Assembly (NCBI GenBank): GCA_047495785.1
Contig: JBLDXI010000004.1
Coordinates: 1,426,001 to 1,490,000, forward strand
Length of the DNA: 64,000 nucleotides
Source of the DNA: Lepidodermella squamata
Taxonomy: Eukaryota; Animalia; Gastrotricha
Reading direction: 5' to 3'
The notes beneath the pieces were generated by a model, which did not search any database, was not told the origin of the DNA, and worked only from the letters and a program-made list of their open reading frames with translations. The stretch's first letter is position 1. Each line of letters opens with the position of its first letter. Both the position numbers and the translations under genes were made by a program. Below, one piece after another: positions 1 through 11,035 of the stretch.

Positions 1-714
1 CATGAGGCACCCATCCGCCTCAAAAAACGGACAACCCCAGAGACGCTCTGGAAAGTGGCATTGATTCACATTGTCGTGGAGACACTAGCTCGATCCCAAT
101 AAATGGCGAGATTCCTCACCTTATATTACCCTAAGGAATTTTGACAGCGCATAAAAAAACAGTAGCATTTATTTAATTGAATTGGGCAATATTAAGTAGC
201 GGGTGTGACTTTTCTCATCTGACCTATGTCTTATTTCATTCGACAGCCTAAAATGTGACTAAAATCGTCATGAAAAAATCGATTTTCTCGATTTTCCTTA
301 GTTCGATTTTTCCGTATGGAAATACCCCTTTTATGGCCTGAACTGGCATAACTTTAAATGAAAGATTTATGGCGATCCGAGTTGCATTGTGTTTGAGGTG
401 GTAAGTTGAAAAAAATCTGCACGCTGAAATAAGACAGTGGTCGGATTAAACAAGTTGTCCTCCAAGTAGTTTGGACGCGGAATTTTGGAATTGCCAGCAG
501 TTTTGCACCTTGAAAGCCATGAAAATAGAAAACTCGCTGGTGGCCGCAGCCTGGTAAGAATTGTGATGTTAGAATCGCCGAGGGTTAGGTGTTGAGAAGT
601 TTTGCTTCATGCCTATTTTATGTTTTATGCCTGCCGCCTTATTTCTTTAATAATTAAAAGAAAGTTGCTTTGACTTCAACAACGTCAAAAGTCAACCCCA
701 CTATACTGCCTGTT

Positions 715-860
715 TCCACTGTACGAAGTAGGATCCGGGAGCTGAGGTGTTTTCTGCGTGATTTCTGCAGAGTTCCAGAGGACTCCAACCAAACCCCTCT
801 GCTTGGAGTCCCGGGGCTGGGATGTCGCGACCCTGCCTGTTTCGCAAACATACACATTTT
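715..860 (+). repeat. Dispersed ~150-bp structured element (related copies at 47183-47329 and partial 56470-56510)
   Basis: Shared GAAGTAGG(A/T)TCCGGGAGCTGAG..TGTTTTCT head in all three copies and AGTCCCGG..GCT..TGTCGCGAC tail in the two long copies; self-complementary ends. Confidence 0.6.
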
Positions 861-1077
861 GTAATTGTTAACACTAATTTGTAAGTGAAGCATCTACCCC
901 GAGTTTTGACGATAGCACAACACGTTAACACGCTTTTATCTGTAACTTGTTAATATTAATATTAAAGCAGAAAAACACGAGAAAAAAATTAATAACATAC
1001 TCGAAAGCTATCGTCACATAACACGGAGCACAGGATAAATCGCAGGCATCACATTTTACTGCATGCTGAAACTCGTC

Positions 1078-4000
1078 ATGCGTATTCTCAAAGCTATCAC
1101 CTGTCTTAAGATAATTTCCTGCGTTGCAATTGCTCAAGAATGCGGTACTGTAATCTCCACTTCAACGGCGAAAGTAAAAGGCCCGGGCAGTCATCCAGTA
1201 GAAGCACATGAATACCCATGGCTGGTTTGTATAATTGAATGTGTTATTTTCTTATACCGGAAAATATGTTTTTTGAAGGTCTTTCTTGAAATTTATACCA
1301 GCCGCGAAACATCGGCCGCATATTGCGGAGCTTCTCTTATTTCCAGGGAATGGCTCATTACAGCTGCTCATTGCGTTTGGAATGATGGAGAGACTCCAAT
1401 TTTGTAAGGTTTTTTGTTTTATATTCTCATATCAGATGTTGGGAAACTTTTTTATTTACAGAATTAAAGCAATGATTGGGCGCCATAACATCAGTGTTGA
1501 AACAGAAACAGCCTCTCGCGAGTCCCTCGTGCTTCTGCCGCCTGTGATACATCCGCAATACAGTGGAAGTCGGAATTTCTACGACTTTGATTTCGCTCTC
1601 TTACGACTGTCGAGCCCGATTCCTAGATTCACACAGCAGATACGACCGATTTGTTTACCTGACGCGACTGCAATGTGCCGGTCCAACTCAATCACAGCAA
1701 ATTCGATCGATGGGTGCAATTCGGCGGTCGCAGTTGGCTGGGGTCATTTTGCACATAGTAGGTAATTTTTTGTACACTAGTGACGAGAGCAGAGCTTTGG
1801 ATTTGATTTGATTTGATATGCAGCTTAAATCACGGATCTTCCTCAATCAATCAAAATCAATCATTGTCCCACCTTCCAGAACTAAATCAATCAAATCAAA
1901 TCAACGACACCCATAAATCACAATAAATCGCAAACATTAGGATTTTCAAGAAGTTGGGGGCGTTGAAAATGCAAGCAATTGATAAAATAGTGTGAATTTG
2001 AAACCACCGTCCCTTTCTAAAGCAAATTTTCATCATAAAGGAGGAGAGATCATCGCGGCATCAACTTATTCGATTGCATCGCCAAGGGTAAATCAAAATC
2101 AATCAAATAAAAATTCTTCTCATCATAAATCAATCCTTTCAAATCTAAATAGGTGAAAATGGGGTATAAATCAGATCAAATCCAAAGCACTGGACGAGAG
2201 GATACCTGGAAATATTTTTCGAGGGTTTTTAATTCTTGCAAATGAATGGAGAAATATAATTATGAGACCTGTCAGAAAGCGCATTCCACCAGTCGCTGCA
2301 GTAGGAAACATTTTCAAAAAAGTAAATAACAAATAATGCGTAAATTAAAATGACCGATATTTGGATGTAGACACATCTCAGCTCTTAAACTTTGAACTGA
2401 AGAAGTAATGAAGGGGGGATGACACGAAGCCTAGTGGCTAACAGGGCTGCAAAAAGTGTTTTTCTTCCCACCACCGAGCTTAAATCTTCCCAAATCGCCT
2501 CCGCCTCATTTCAACCCATTTTAACGTGTTTCCACCACGCACCTTCATGTTGCGCGTTACTAGATTGAAAAATTTTGCGAGATTGCGAGCGCAGAAAATC
2601 AATGATAGCCACAGGTTGATCATTTGAGGACTTATTAACACCCAATAAAGCAGAAAATAATTGTCGAGCGCAGCGAGCCAAATTGGATAAAATTCTGGCA
2701 ATATTTCATGCTTTAAACACCCAGAATCACTATTTTTGAGTATTTATTCTTGATAATTCATGGGAAAACTCGTCAATTACCAAAAAACTAGTGTTTTTTA
2801 AAGACTGATATTGCCCAATTTACGATTTTACATAGTTATTACAACTCGGTAACTATCAGGAATTTGGGAAAACAAATTAGATATTCGGAATCAGCGCAAA
2901 AAATTAGGGTAGTCAGGAAATTTGCGCTCAGTTAGCAAGCAAAATCGGGAAGAAATAGGTCGTCAAACATTACGTGGATTGAAGTGCACGCACCCCGCAC
3001 ACGCGCGCGCTTTGGGTGTGTTTTATTATTCACCCCGAATTTTCGGGTCGCCCACTTCTGAAGCTCATCTTGAAATGAAAATTTGGAGCTGTGCAGAGAA
3101 CTTTATTACCCGTAAACCTCTGGTATTTACATCGAAAAATCTGTCATCCTGTGCCTACACCTGAGCTTCCCGTAATTCCGGGGTGAATAAAAAAACACAC
3201 CCTTTCAAAATGTGTGTGTGCGCGCACCAGCCTTCCACGTGCTCCACCGTGCACATTTGGCCACTGGCTAATTCTCAACTCCGTTCTGTCTAATCATCCT
3301 AGTTTTAATTAGCTCGCCGCCTCAATTTAAATGACATTAGGCTTCCAGGGGCGCGATGTATACGCTCCCATTTTTCATAGCTCTCTTAAAAGCTTCATCG
3401 CTTTTTTCCTTTAGCTAGGCTCTCTGAGATCCCGAGAAAGCTGGACCTTCGAGTTCGATCTTACCGAAATTGCTCGACGGAGTATTCCCAAGGCCGCTCA
3501 GATCCGGTCAACATCACCGACTCGAAGATGTGTTTAGCCGCTGTGAAAAGCGACGTTTGCTATGGAGATTCTGGAGGCCCACTCATGTGTATGGTATCAA
3601 GGCAGACTTACCTGTTAGGCATAATTTCGAACGGCGATGAGTCATGCAGCGGATACACTCCTGGCATCTACAGCCGAGTCTGCAAGGTTCTCGATTGGAT
3701 TTCGGAGAACATAGATGGTCGCAGCCAGACGAGCCCTCCCGAGCAGTCTTGTGTCATACCAAACATAACATCGGGAATTGTCACCCGAGTGGACCCGGAA
3801 ACTTCGGAAGATACTGGCGTAGTTCTAAGACCTGGAACGATCATAGAAATTGGCGAAACTGTCGGCATTAAATGCGACCCTGGTTTCACGTACTCCGCAT
3901 CTGTTTCAACCGCCTCTTGCTTGCCTCCATTCCTTCCAGGAATAAATGGAAGGTGTAACCGTACAGGTAAGTGAATACAGCGTTTCCCTTCATATGTGGC

Positions 4001-6559
4001 GCCATTTTTGCCTTCTAGGCTGTGGTGCCATTCAGGCTATACAAAACGGCTACGTAGCGCCTGGTCCATCGGGCGTTGGAGCCTCCCGGAACATTTCATG
4101 CAACCAAAATTTTGTGATTCATGGAAATGCTTCCATATTGTGCCTCTCGAATTTAACCTGGTCAACGCCTGGATCTTGCGTGTCGGCAAAGCGAAGACCT
4201 GTGAGTTTTCTACGAAGATTCACTTCATATTCCCAACAGTTTCTTTTTCCCGATAATTGTTTGGCACAGAAACAAAATGTTAATTAAAATTAATGTCATT
4301 TATTAATTTTATTTGCCTAAATTCCTTATGTGGAACAACACTTGACCCCGAGCGAAACAAAATAATGCGCTCAATTCCGGGCCCATATTAGTTCCGTCCG
4401 GCCCCCAAGCGTCGGTTGCGCAATTGGAGGGTAAAAGTGGACTTAGCGCAAAACGCCAAGTCGAAATTTTAAACAACATTTTGGCCGCGCGCGCTTATGT
4501 CAAAGGGCTATTTTCGAATATCCTAGCGGTTTTTATTCCAAAATGAAGCTTAAATAATTCTCTGCAAATGAATATGGGTTTCTTGCGAGAAAAATTTGAA
4601 TTAATAGGTTTACGAGCACTCCAACTTCATTTACGCGTGTGCACGTTCCTGGTCAACGCGCGGAATTTAGAGTGCACGTAAACCTTTTTATTTGTAAACC
4701 TGTGAGCGCGGTTTTAAATTTGTTAAAAATCAGGACTTGGCTTTTGCGCATAAGTTGAATTATTTTTAACAAATTTAAAACCACGCGCACAGATGCTAAA
4801 TGGTTACTTTCAAATATCGCGTCGGTTTTTATACCAAAAAAAATTCAGACAATTTTCTATCGATTGAATATGGGGTTCTCGCTCGAAAAATGTAAAATAA
4901 AAAAGTTTTACGTGCACTCCGCGCGTTGACCAGGAACGTGCACACGCGTAAATGAAAAGTTGGAGTGCCAGAAATTCTATAGAGAACTTTCTGAACTTTC
5001 TTTTGGTATAAAAACCGCCTAAATAATCATCGAAGAACTGCGCAGCAAAAAAAATCGATAATAATATTATTCATCCACTTATCAAAGTGTAATATACACA
5101 GCCATCAAAGTGTAATTTTCTATCCTATTAAAGTGTAATAAACCTATAAAACTTGCCCTTTGACTTTACCGCACGCGGCCTTGAAATTTCAAAAAATTTC
5201 GACTTATGCGCGTTATGCATTATAAGTCCACTTTTACCCTCCGACTGGACGGAACTAATGGGCCCGGAATTGAGCAAATAATGTCAGGGGCACCGTAGAA
5301 TACTTTCTGCCACAGAAAAATGTGAGAGCGGCAAATTCAATCAGTGTAATCAGTTGTCAATTGTGCTATGTCTTCATCTTTAGGCTCGTGAAGTGTACGA
5401 GCAATTGTGGAATGTAACATCATTGACGGGCGATGTGGCGCAGGTGCGGCGACTCGTCTCGGAGATCGACGAATCCACTGGCGGCAAGTTCGAGCCGAAC
5501 TGGCGCAACCCTAACGTTTCTTACTGCGATACTTGGACTACACAGAATGGCACCCTGCTTCATAGCGTTTGGCTGTGTTCAAATCGGAAATCGGGCCAAC
5601 GACTGGAAATTGTTCGGCTGCTGCTTGACCGCGGTGCTGATGTGAATGCGCAGGAGGGTGCCGCTGGCAAGACGGCGTTAATGGCAGCGGCATTTACTGA
5701 GGATTCAGATTCAGCTCGCCTGTTGCTGGATCGCAAAGCTGACATCGATGCTACAGATGATACTGGTTATACCGCGTTGATTTATGCGGCGAAGGCAGGG
5801 CAAATCGAGGCAGTACGGCTTTTACTTGATCGCAACGCTTCAATCGATGCCGGTGATATAGAAGGCGACACGGCGTTGATGGAAGCGGCTAAGAATGGCA
5901 AAATCGAAGTTGTACGGCTGTTACTGGATCGCAATGCTTCAATCGATGCCGGTGATATAGAAGGCGACACGGCGTTGATGGAAGCGGCTAAGAATGGCAA
6001 AATCGAAGTTGTACGGCTGTTACTGGATCGCAATGCTGCCATCAATGCCAAGGATGTAAATGGCTTGACGGTGTTGATGCATGCGGTTACGATCGGACAA
6101 ATTGAAACTTTTCGACTGATATTAGATCACAAGCCTGACATAGAGGCGAAGGATGCAGAAGGCGCGACGGCGCTTTTACATGCCTCTTTTAGTGGGGAGG
6201 TCGAAGTTATGCGCTTGTTGCTTGATCGGAACGCTTCCATCGAAGCTCGGAATAACAAAGGCGAAACAGGGTTGATGCGCGCGTCTCTAATTGGAAATCT
6301 TGCCGCTGTGCGCCTGTTACTGGATCGCAACGCTTCCATTGAGGCCAAGGATAACTATGGCGAAACAGCGCTGGCGTGTGCGGCTTTGGTGGGACACGTC
6401 GAAGCTATTCGGCTGTTACTAGATAGAGGGGCTAATATGAATGTCGTAAATAACTATGGCGTCTCGGCTCTAGATACTGCAGTTTGTTTTAAAAGAACTG
6501 CTGCGGTCGATCTGCTGAGGTCGCGAGGAGCCATTCGAACACAGTCGCCATGTATATAA
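1078..6559 (+). CDS. Multi-exon secreted S1 (trypsin-like) serine protease - CCP - CCP - ~10 ankyrin repeats
   Basis: Exons ~1078-1224, 1279-1403, 1462-1757 (or 1761), 3415 (or 3419)-3966, 4019-4200, 5384-6559, all GT-AG with consistent phases. Triad motifs TAAHC, DFDFALL and GDSGGP; Asp in SDVCYGDS is trypsin-like. Two sushi-like Cys patterns (CDPGF; C..GNASILCLSNLTWS). Phase-0 donor at 4201 matches the phase-0 acceptor at 5383. Confidence 0.8.
1790..2192. mobile_element. hAT-type MITE in protease intron
   Basis: TIRs CAG(A/T)GCTTTGGATTTGAT; 8-bp TSD GACGAGAG at 1782-1789 and 2193-2200. Confidence 0.85.
3013..3203. mobile_element. Small MITE
   Basis: Inverted ends GGGTGTGTTTT..TATTCACCCCG / CGGGGTGAATA..AAAACACACCC. 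Confidence 0.6.
4369..5275. mobile_element. Foldback, Mutator-like element between the CCP2 and ankyrin exons
   Basis: TIR GCTCAATTCCGGGCCCAT..TAGTTCCGTCC with nested inverted repeats along its length; near-perfect 9-bp TSD AAATAATGC/AAATAATGT. Confidence 0.75.
5384..6559 (+). CDS. Intronless ankyrin-repeat exon (terminal exon of the protease gene)
   Basis: Repeated G-x-TALM-x-AA..G..E-x-VRLLLDR-x-A-x-I motif about 10 times. No ATG start (the ORF track uses GTG), but a ctttag acceptor lies at 5383. Confidence 0.9.
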   Translation, partial: AREVYEQLWNVTSLTGDVAQVRRLVSEIDESTGGKFEPNWRNPNVSYCDTWTTQNGTLLHSVWLCSNRKSGQRLEIVRLLLDRGADVNAQEGAAGKTALMAAAFTEDSDSARLLLDRKADIDATDDTGYTALIYAAKAGQIEAVRLLLDRNASIDAGDIEGDTALMEAAKNGKIEVVRLLLDRNASIDAGDIEGDTALMEAAKNGKIEVVRLLLDRNAAINAKDVNGLTVLMHAVTIGQIETFRLILDHKPDIEAKDAEGATALLHASFSGEVEVMRLLLDRNASIEARNNKGETGLMRASLIGNLAAVRLLLDRNASIEAKDNYGETALACAALVGHVEAIRLLLDRGANMNVVNNYGVSALDTAVCFKRTAAVDLLRSRGAIRTQSPCI

Positions 6560-6733
6560 AATTGTCTACTTCCCTTACCTGCGTTCCATTTCCGATCTGG
6601 TGATTACACCCATGAATCATCGTTCTGAGCCTTCCATTGAAAATCGAATATTTAATATTAAAGTAGAAGCAAATGTTAATAAAACTCTTTAGAATTCAGC
6701 AAGTAGTCTATTCATTTATTTTTATATTCTTTG

Positions 6734-6829
6734 TTTGGCGGGGATACCTTGACCCCCAAACCTATCAGGTACGCGACCCTGGTACTACCCTCGTCGTCCC
6801 TGGCCTCCCTGGCGCTACTTACCTCTCTG
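6734..6829. mobile_element. Right-end fragment of the hAT MITE family seen at 39204-39890
   Basis: Near-identical to 39796-39890 (CCTTGACCC..CAAACCTA..CAGGTACGCG..CCCTGGTACTACCCTC). Confidence 0.7.
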
Positions 6830-7425
6830 TTTGGCTGCCGATTAGAGTCGCAGTTGGTATTTATGTTCCTGAACCTGGGTAAGACAGTTCGAATGGGAAA
6901 TGGGAATTTCGCTGGTGGGTGAATTGGTCTCACTGCGATAACAAAATAGCTGTACAAATTAATAATCAAAAATGCTTTGAACAACTTGGGGAGTTTGTTT
7001 TGGAATCTTTCAAATTTGAAGTTCCCGTGATTGTGAGCTTTTTTACTATTAGTTTAAAAATCATTTTTCAATTATTCATTCTCTTTGATCAAAACAGCTA
7101 CGCCCGATTCTCGCATTCTCGCATTCTCGCATCCGAAACCGCTGATATGCCGTTCGAGCTTAACAGGCCACGTTGACGGTGAAATGGAATTTCCAGCGAA
7201 TTTCACCTTCAAAACACGCCTTGCTTGCGAATCCCTCGTATCCTGGAACCAGGCTTCAGCTATGATTCCGGGTTACTCGCTTAGATTTTTTCTCGCATAG
7301 TTATAATCGCATAGTTATTTCATAATTTGCCAATTTCCTATTCATCTGTAAACTGTCCTGCAATTACATGTTTCACTTTCAAATTACCTCTTGTCAAGCT
7401 GCCCTCTTCTAGGCGTTAAAGCTTA

Positions 7426-7473
<48 letters not shown>

Positions 7474-7477
7474 AAAT
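7426..7477. repeat. (TAAA)n microsatellite
   Basis: About 12 tandem TAAA units. Confidence 0.95.
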
Positions 7478-8661
7478 TATACGTAGTACGAAGCTAAAGA
7501 AATATGTGAAGCAGAACACGGCCAGCTCGACATGTATCGAATCTCGCGGGATCTCAAACTGATCGTGCTGAACATTTGGCTTAGGCTGGTCAGGAGAAAC
7601 GGCACTTTTTGGCGGCGGATAGCTGGCGGCATTTTCAAGGAGATACCAGGCGTTATGTGCATTTATTGGACTTGGAGGAAGAAATATGTTGAAACCGAAC
7701 ATGTAAAAGTCTAGCCGTTGGCAAGGACGTTTTATGTGAGGTTACGGCTGATTGAACGAAGATCAGATTTCCACCAAGGTGGATCGAAAGGTTGTAGCAA
7801 AAGCCTTAACTGGGCCGCAGGCAAGCCATTCCGGGGTAGATGTTGTAGTGATAGCCTCCAGCAGCAGAGCTGTGGTATAGCGCTTCCGTTAGAAGCAAAA
7901 TAATTTCATAGATTTTATATCGTTTATTAAATATAATCACTGCAGAAACTAGGATGGCGCCCGTCTCCATTTTGTTGCTGGGATGGCTAACAAACAGGAA
8001 GAGGAAAAACGTTTTTTCAAGCCTAGTTTATTCTACTGGTGTTTCTTGCAGCAGCTCTCAAGTATGGTTAACATGCGAAGTACATTTTTAACAGTCATTT
8101 CAAAAGCTCAAAACGGCAGCCTCAATGTCGTATCACTCATTCAACATAGGTTTCGCACACTCCGTAGCCCAAACGATTGCCGCAAGGAAAAAAAGCCATC
8201 AAAGATTGAATGACCCCGCATTTAGTAACATCTTTCGGAGACTGGAACAGCGTTTGCCTACGAGTTTGTCCGGCGGTAAATAGGGCGTATTATAGCGCAA
8301 AAAACTGAAGTTCAGAAGTTCATTTTTCGCACAAGGTTATAGAGCCAAACAGTTCACGCTGCCTGGTATAAATTTTGTTTGAAGAAAATTTGAGTTATCA
8401 GCATAAGAAAAAGAAACGAGCCATAGCTTTTCTAGCTGCCCTACAACGGTGGTTTTAATCTGTTTACTAAATTGTGGGAATCTCAAAATCTCCAACACAA
8501 TTACGTTGTTAAAAAAAACCGAAATTCAATTACCAATCAAATCATACAAAATTACTAATAAACGGAAAATGGCTGATGATCCGTTTTAATTCATGGTACA
8601 TCAACACGCGTTGAATTTTTCAAATTTCGAAAACCTGAAATTTTCAAAGAAATAAACTCAC

Positions 8662-10006
8662 CGGAGGCGATATATCAGTCATGCATTTGTCGTGATTCAG
8701 CTGAAAGGTGACCAAGTTTGAGAACAGCTTAACCTGTTATAGAGAAGCAGTTGCTACCGGAAAATCCGTGCTTTTGGTTCAGCGTTACCTGAATTTGATT
8801 TAGGGGACAAGCGGCGTAGCAAGACAGGCGGTTAGATGAATCTTTGCACGAAACGGCATTCTGACAACCGAGAGTGAATGCCCCAACAGAAAACAGAAGA
8901 ATAACTACTTACTCCGAGCAGGCAAGCTGCGCGGTTGACGTAGACTTTGCTCGAGTATTGCTGAGTTTCATTGCTGGCGAAACAGCCAGGGCTCTGCGGT
9001 CGGCAGTCGTTGAACTTTTTCGTCGCAGAATCAAAGCACCGGATGTGCGGCTTTTCGCTGACTGGAACTGTGACTGAAATGAAAAAGGGGACTATTATCA
9101 ATTTCTACCCAGGTTTGTACCCAATTTTTAAAATGGGGAAATAATTAAAAAGTAGATTTTTTCAGTTGACATTCAATTGACAAAAATCGGCACGAACCAG
9201 TTCCATTGGTGCATGCTGCAAGAGTTGGATACAGAGTCGATTCAGTGACCTAAAAAAACCAGGAATCATCAAAGAATAAACACATCAACCCTTTCAAACC
9301 GCTCACCCAGTTGTTTGGGCAGGGGTACGGGTCCGGAACGCAGGTCACGATGACGTTGTTCGAGATGCAGCGCCTGAATTTTGAAGTCTGAAATTATAAA
9401 AATAGAAAGCATAATCTATAATTGCCTTTAGTTATCAGAATTCTCACCTCGAATGCAGTTTTCTTCTTCTCGCATTCGTTGAGGTTGAATTTCAAACTCA
9501 ACGTCGGTTTTTGATCATCGAACCAGAACGTCTGGAGGAGCAAAATAAAATGATAGTCTCATGCGTAATTATTGACTCATCGAACGAGGCTTACATTCAT
9601 GTCACCCTGGTTGTTACAGCCAATGTTACCTGGTACGCAAAACGGGGTAAGAGCCTCGTATTTGTAGCACATCCTGGCGTTCTATAAATATAACAGACAA
9701 CGATGAACATCAATTTAGCAGAGAAGTTAACAGACTCCGGTGTTGCAGACCCCGGCTGTTCGGAAGGTTGAGCCCAACTATCAATAGAGAAATATTTCTA
9801 TTGATTAGCTCTACGGAGAAATTTGACAGTAAAACCTGATATTCGGCGAGTGGATCACAGCCTTTAGCAGCTGATACGCAGCTGGTGAATTGGTTGCTGA
9901 ACTGCGAGAAGCACCGAACACTTGTCACAGCAACCTCTTTACCCAAAGCCTTGTCGCTTTGCGCTAGCATGAGGGCTAGCAGCAGAGCGTGGAAATGCGA
10001 AGCCAT
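8662..10006 (-). CDS. Paralog A1: signal peptide + five 4-Cys repeats (3' end not resolved)
   Basis: Nine exons: MASHFHALLLALMLA..RCFSQFSNQFTSC..GCDPLAEYQ | LGSTFRTAGVCNTG | NARMCYKYEALTPFCVPGNIGC.. | TFWF..NLNECEKKK | RRCISNNVIVTCVPDPYPCPNNW | VTESTLYPTLAACTNGT | ..HIRCFDSATKKFNDCRPQSPGC..ACLLG | NAVSCKDSSNRLSCYAACP | VKLFS..HDKCMTDISPP. No terminal repeat-6/CTL exon found downstream. Confidence 0.8.
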
Positions 10007-11035
10007 GTTATCGTGTTAACTTTGAAAACAAATAAGCTAAAAATTCACGTTATGAAAATTATAACTAAAGAACTGTGAATTACGGTGCCATACTTTATAT
10101 AGTGAATTTGAGCGACCTGAATTTGAAAAAAGTTTGGCACGCGACTACATTATTGATCAACCAGCGCTCTATCCGCCCATTAGCAAAGTTGACTATTTTA
10201 AAAAAATCGACAGACTAAAAATTCCCTTTTCCAATTATTTTAATTTCGGCTGAAAAATATTAGATTTCACGGTCTATCGAACGAGCTCAGGTCCATGTTA
10301 AAGGCTCGCATGATTAGTTTCCTAGAATTAGTTGAAAACAGCTGTTTAGCTGACTTTCGGCGAATCTGCCATTCTTCTGCCGCGGTTGGCTCTTCAGGAA
10401 ATTTTTTGAATATTCTAAGAAAATTAGTTTATCAATATTGAGAACTTAATGTATCAAACGATATAAAATTCGTCGGTTATATATTTTATTTTGATTTTCC
10501 GAGATTTTATGGTCGTACAAATTCGGCATTGAGTTCTTTTTGGGTCCCGTCGTTGTTGTTATGAACTGGCTGAAAAAAACTAATTATTTCGACGGAATCA
10601 GGCATTTCGAACTTGATTTCAATGCTCTTCGGGTGGCTGAGGTTTTTGCGAGGTGGAAAAGTCTGCTGATCGTGCCGAACGAGAACTTTTGGCTTTGACT
10701 GGTCAAGAAAAATGGCACTGGGATGATCTCTACCGCTTTTTGGCCAATCTTATTCCAGGCCTATGACCTATATTGTTAGGATTTTAACAATGATAGGTCT
10801 TCTCAATTATAGATAAATAAATAAAGGCTGATGATAAACTACAAACTACTAGCATTTATTCTCACGAATGAAATCATAATTAGCCGAATAAATAATAGCT
10901 CAATTCAGAATACGAGAATACGAGAATACGATAAAGAATACGACGTGGCTAGTCATTGTTTGAAGTAACGTCAGCAGTTATTCAATAACTAGCAGTCGTT
11001 TATGAAGATGGGCAACTGACTGGCGGCTTGTTAAC

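Noticed and set aside
7500-7660. Minus-strand HDQFEIPRDSIHVEL resembles the juxtamembrane start of a receptor tyrosine kinase, which would make A1 a receptor
   Set aside because: No GxGxxG or other kinase motif and no transmembrane exon follow. It is flanked by a transposon end and a (TAAA)n run.
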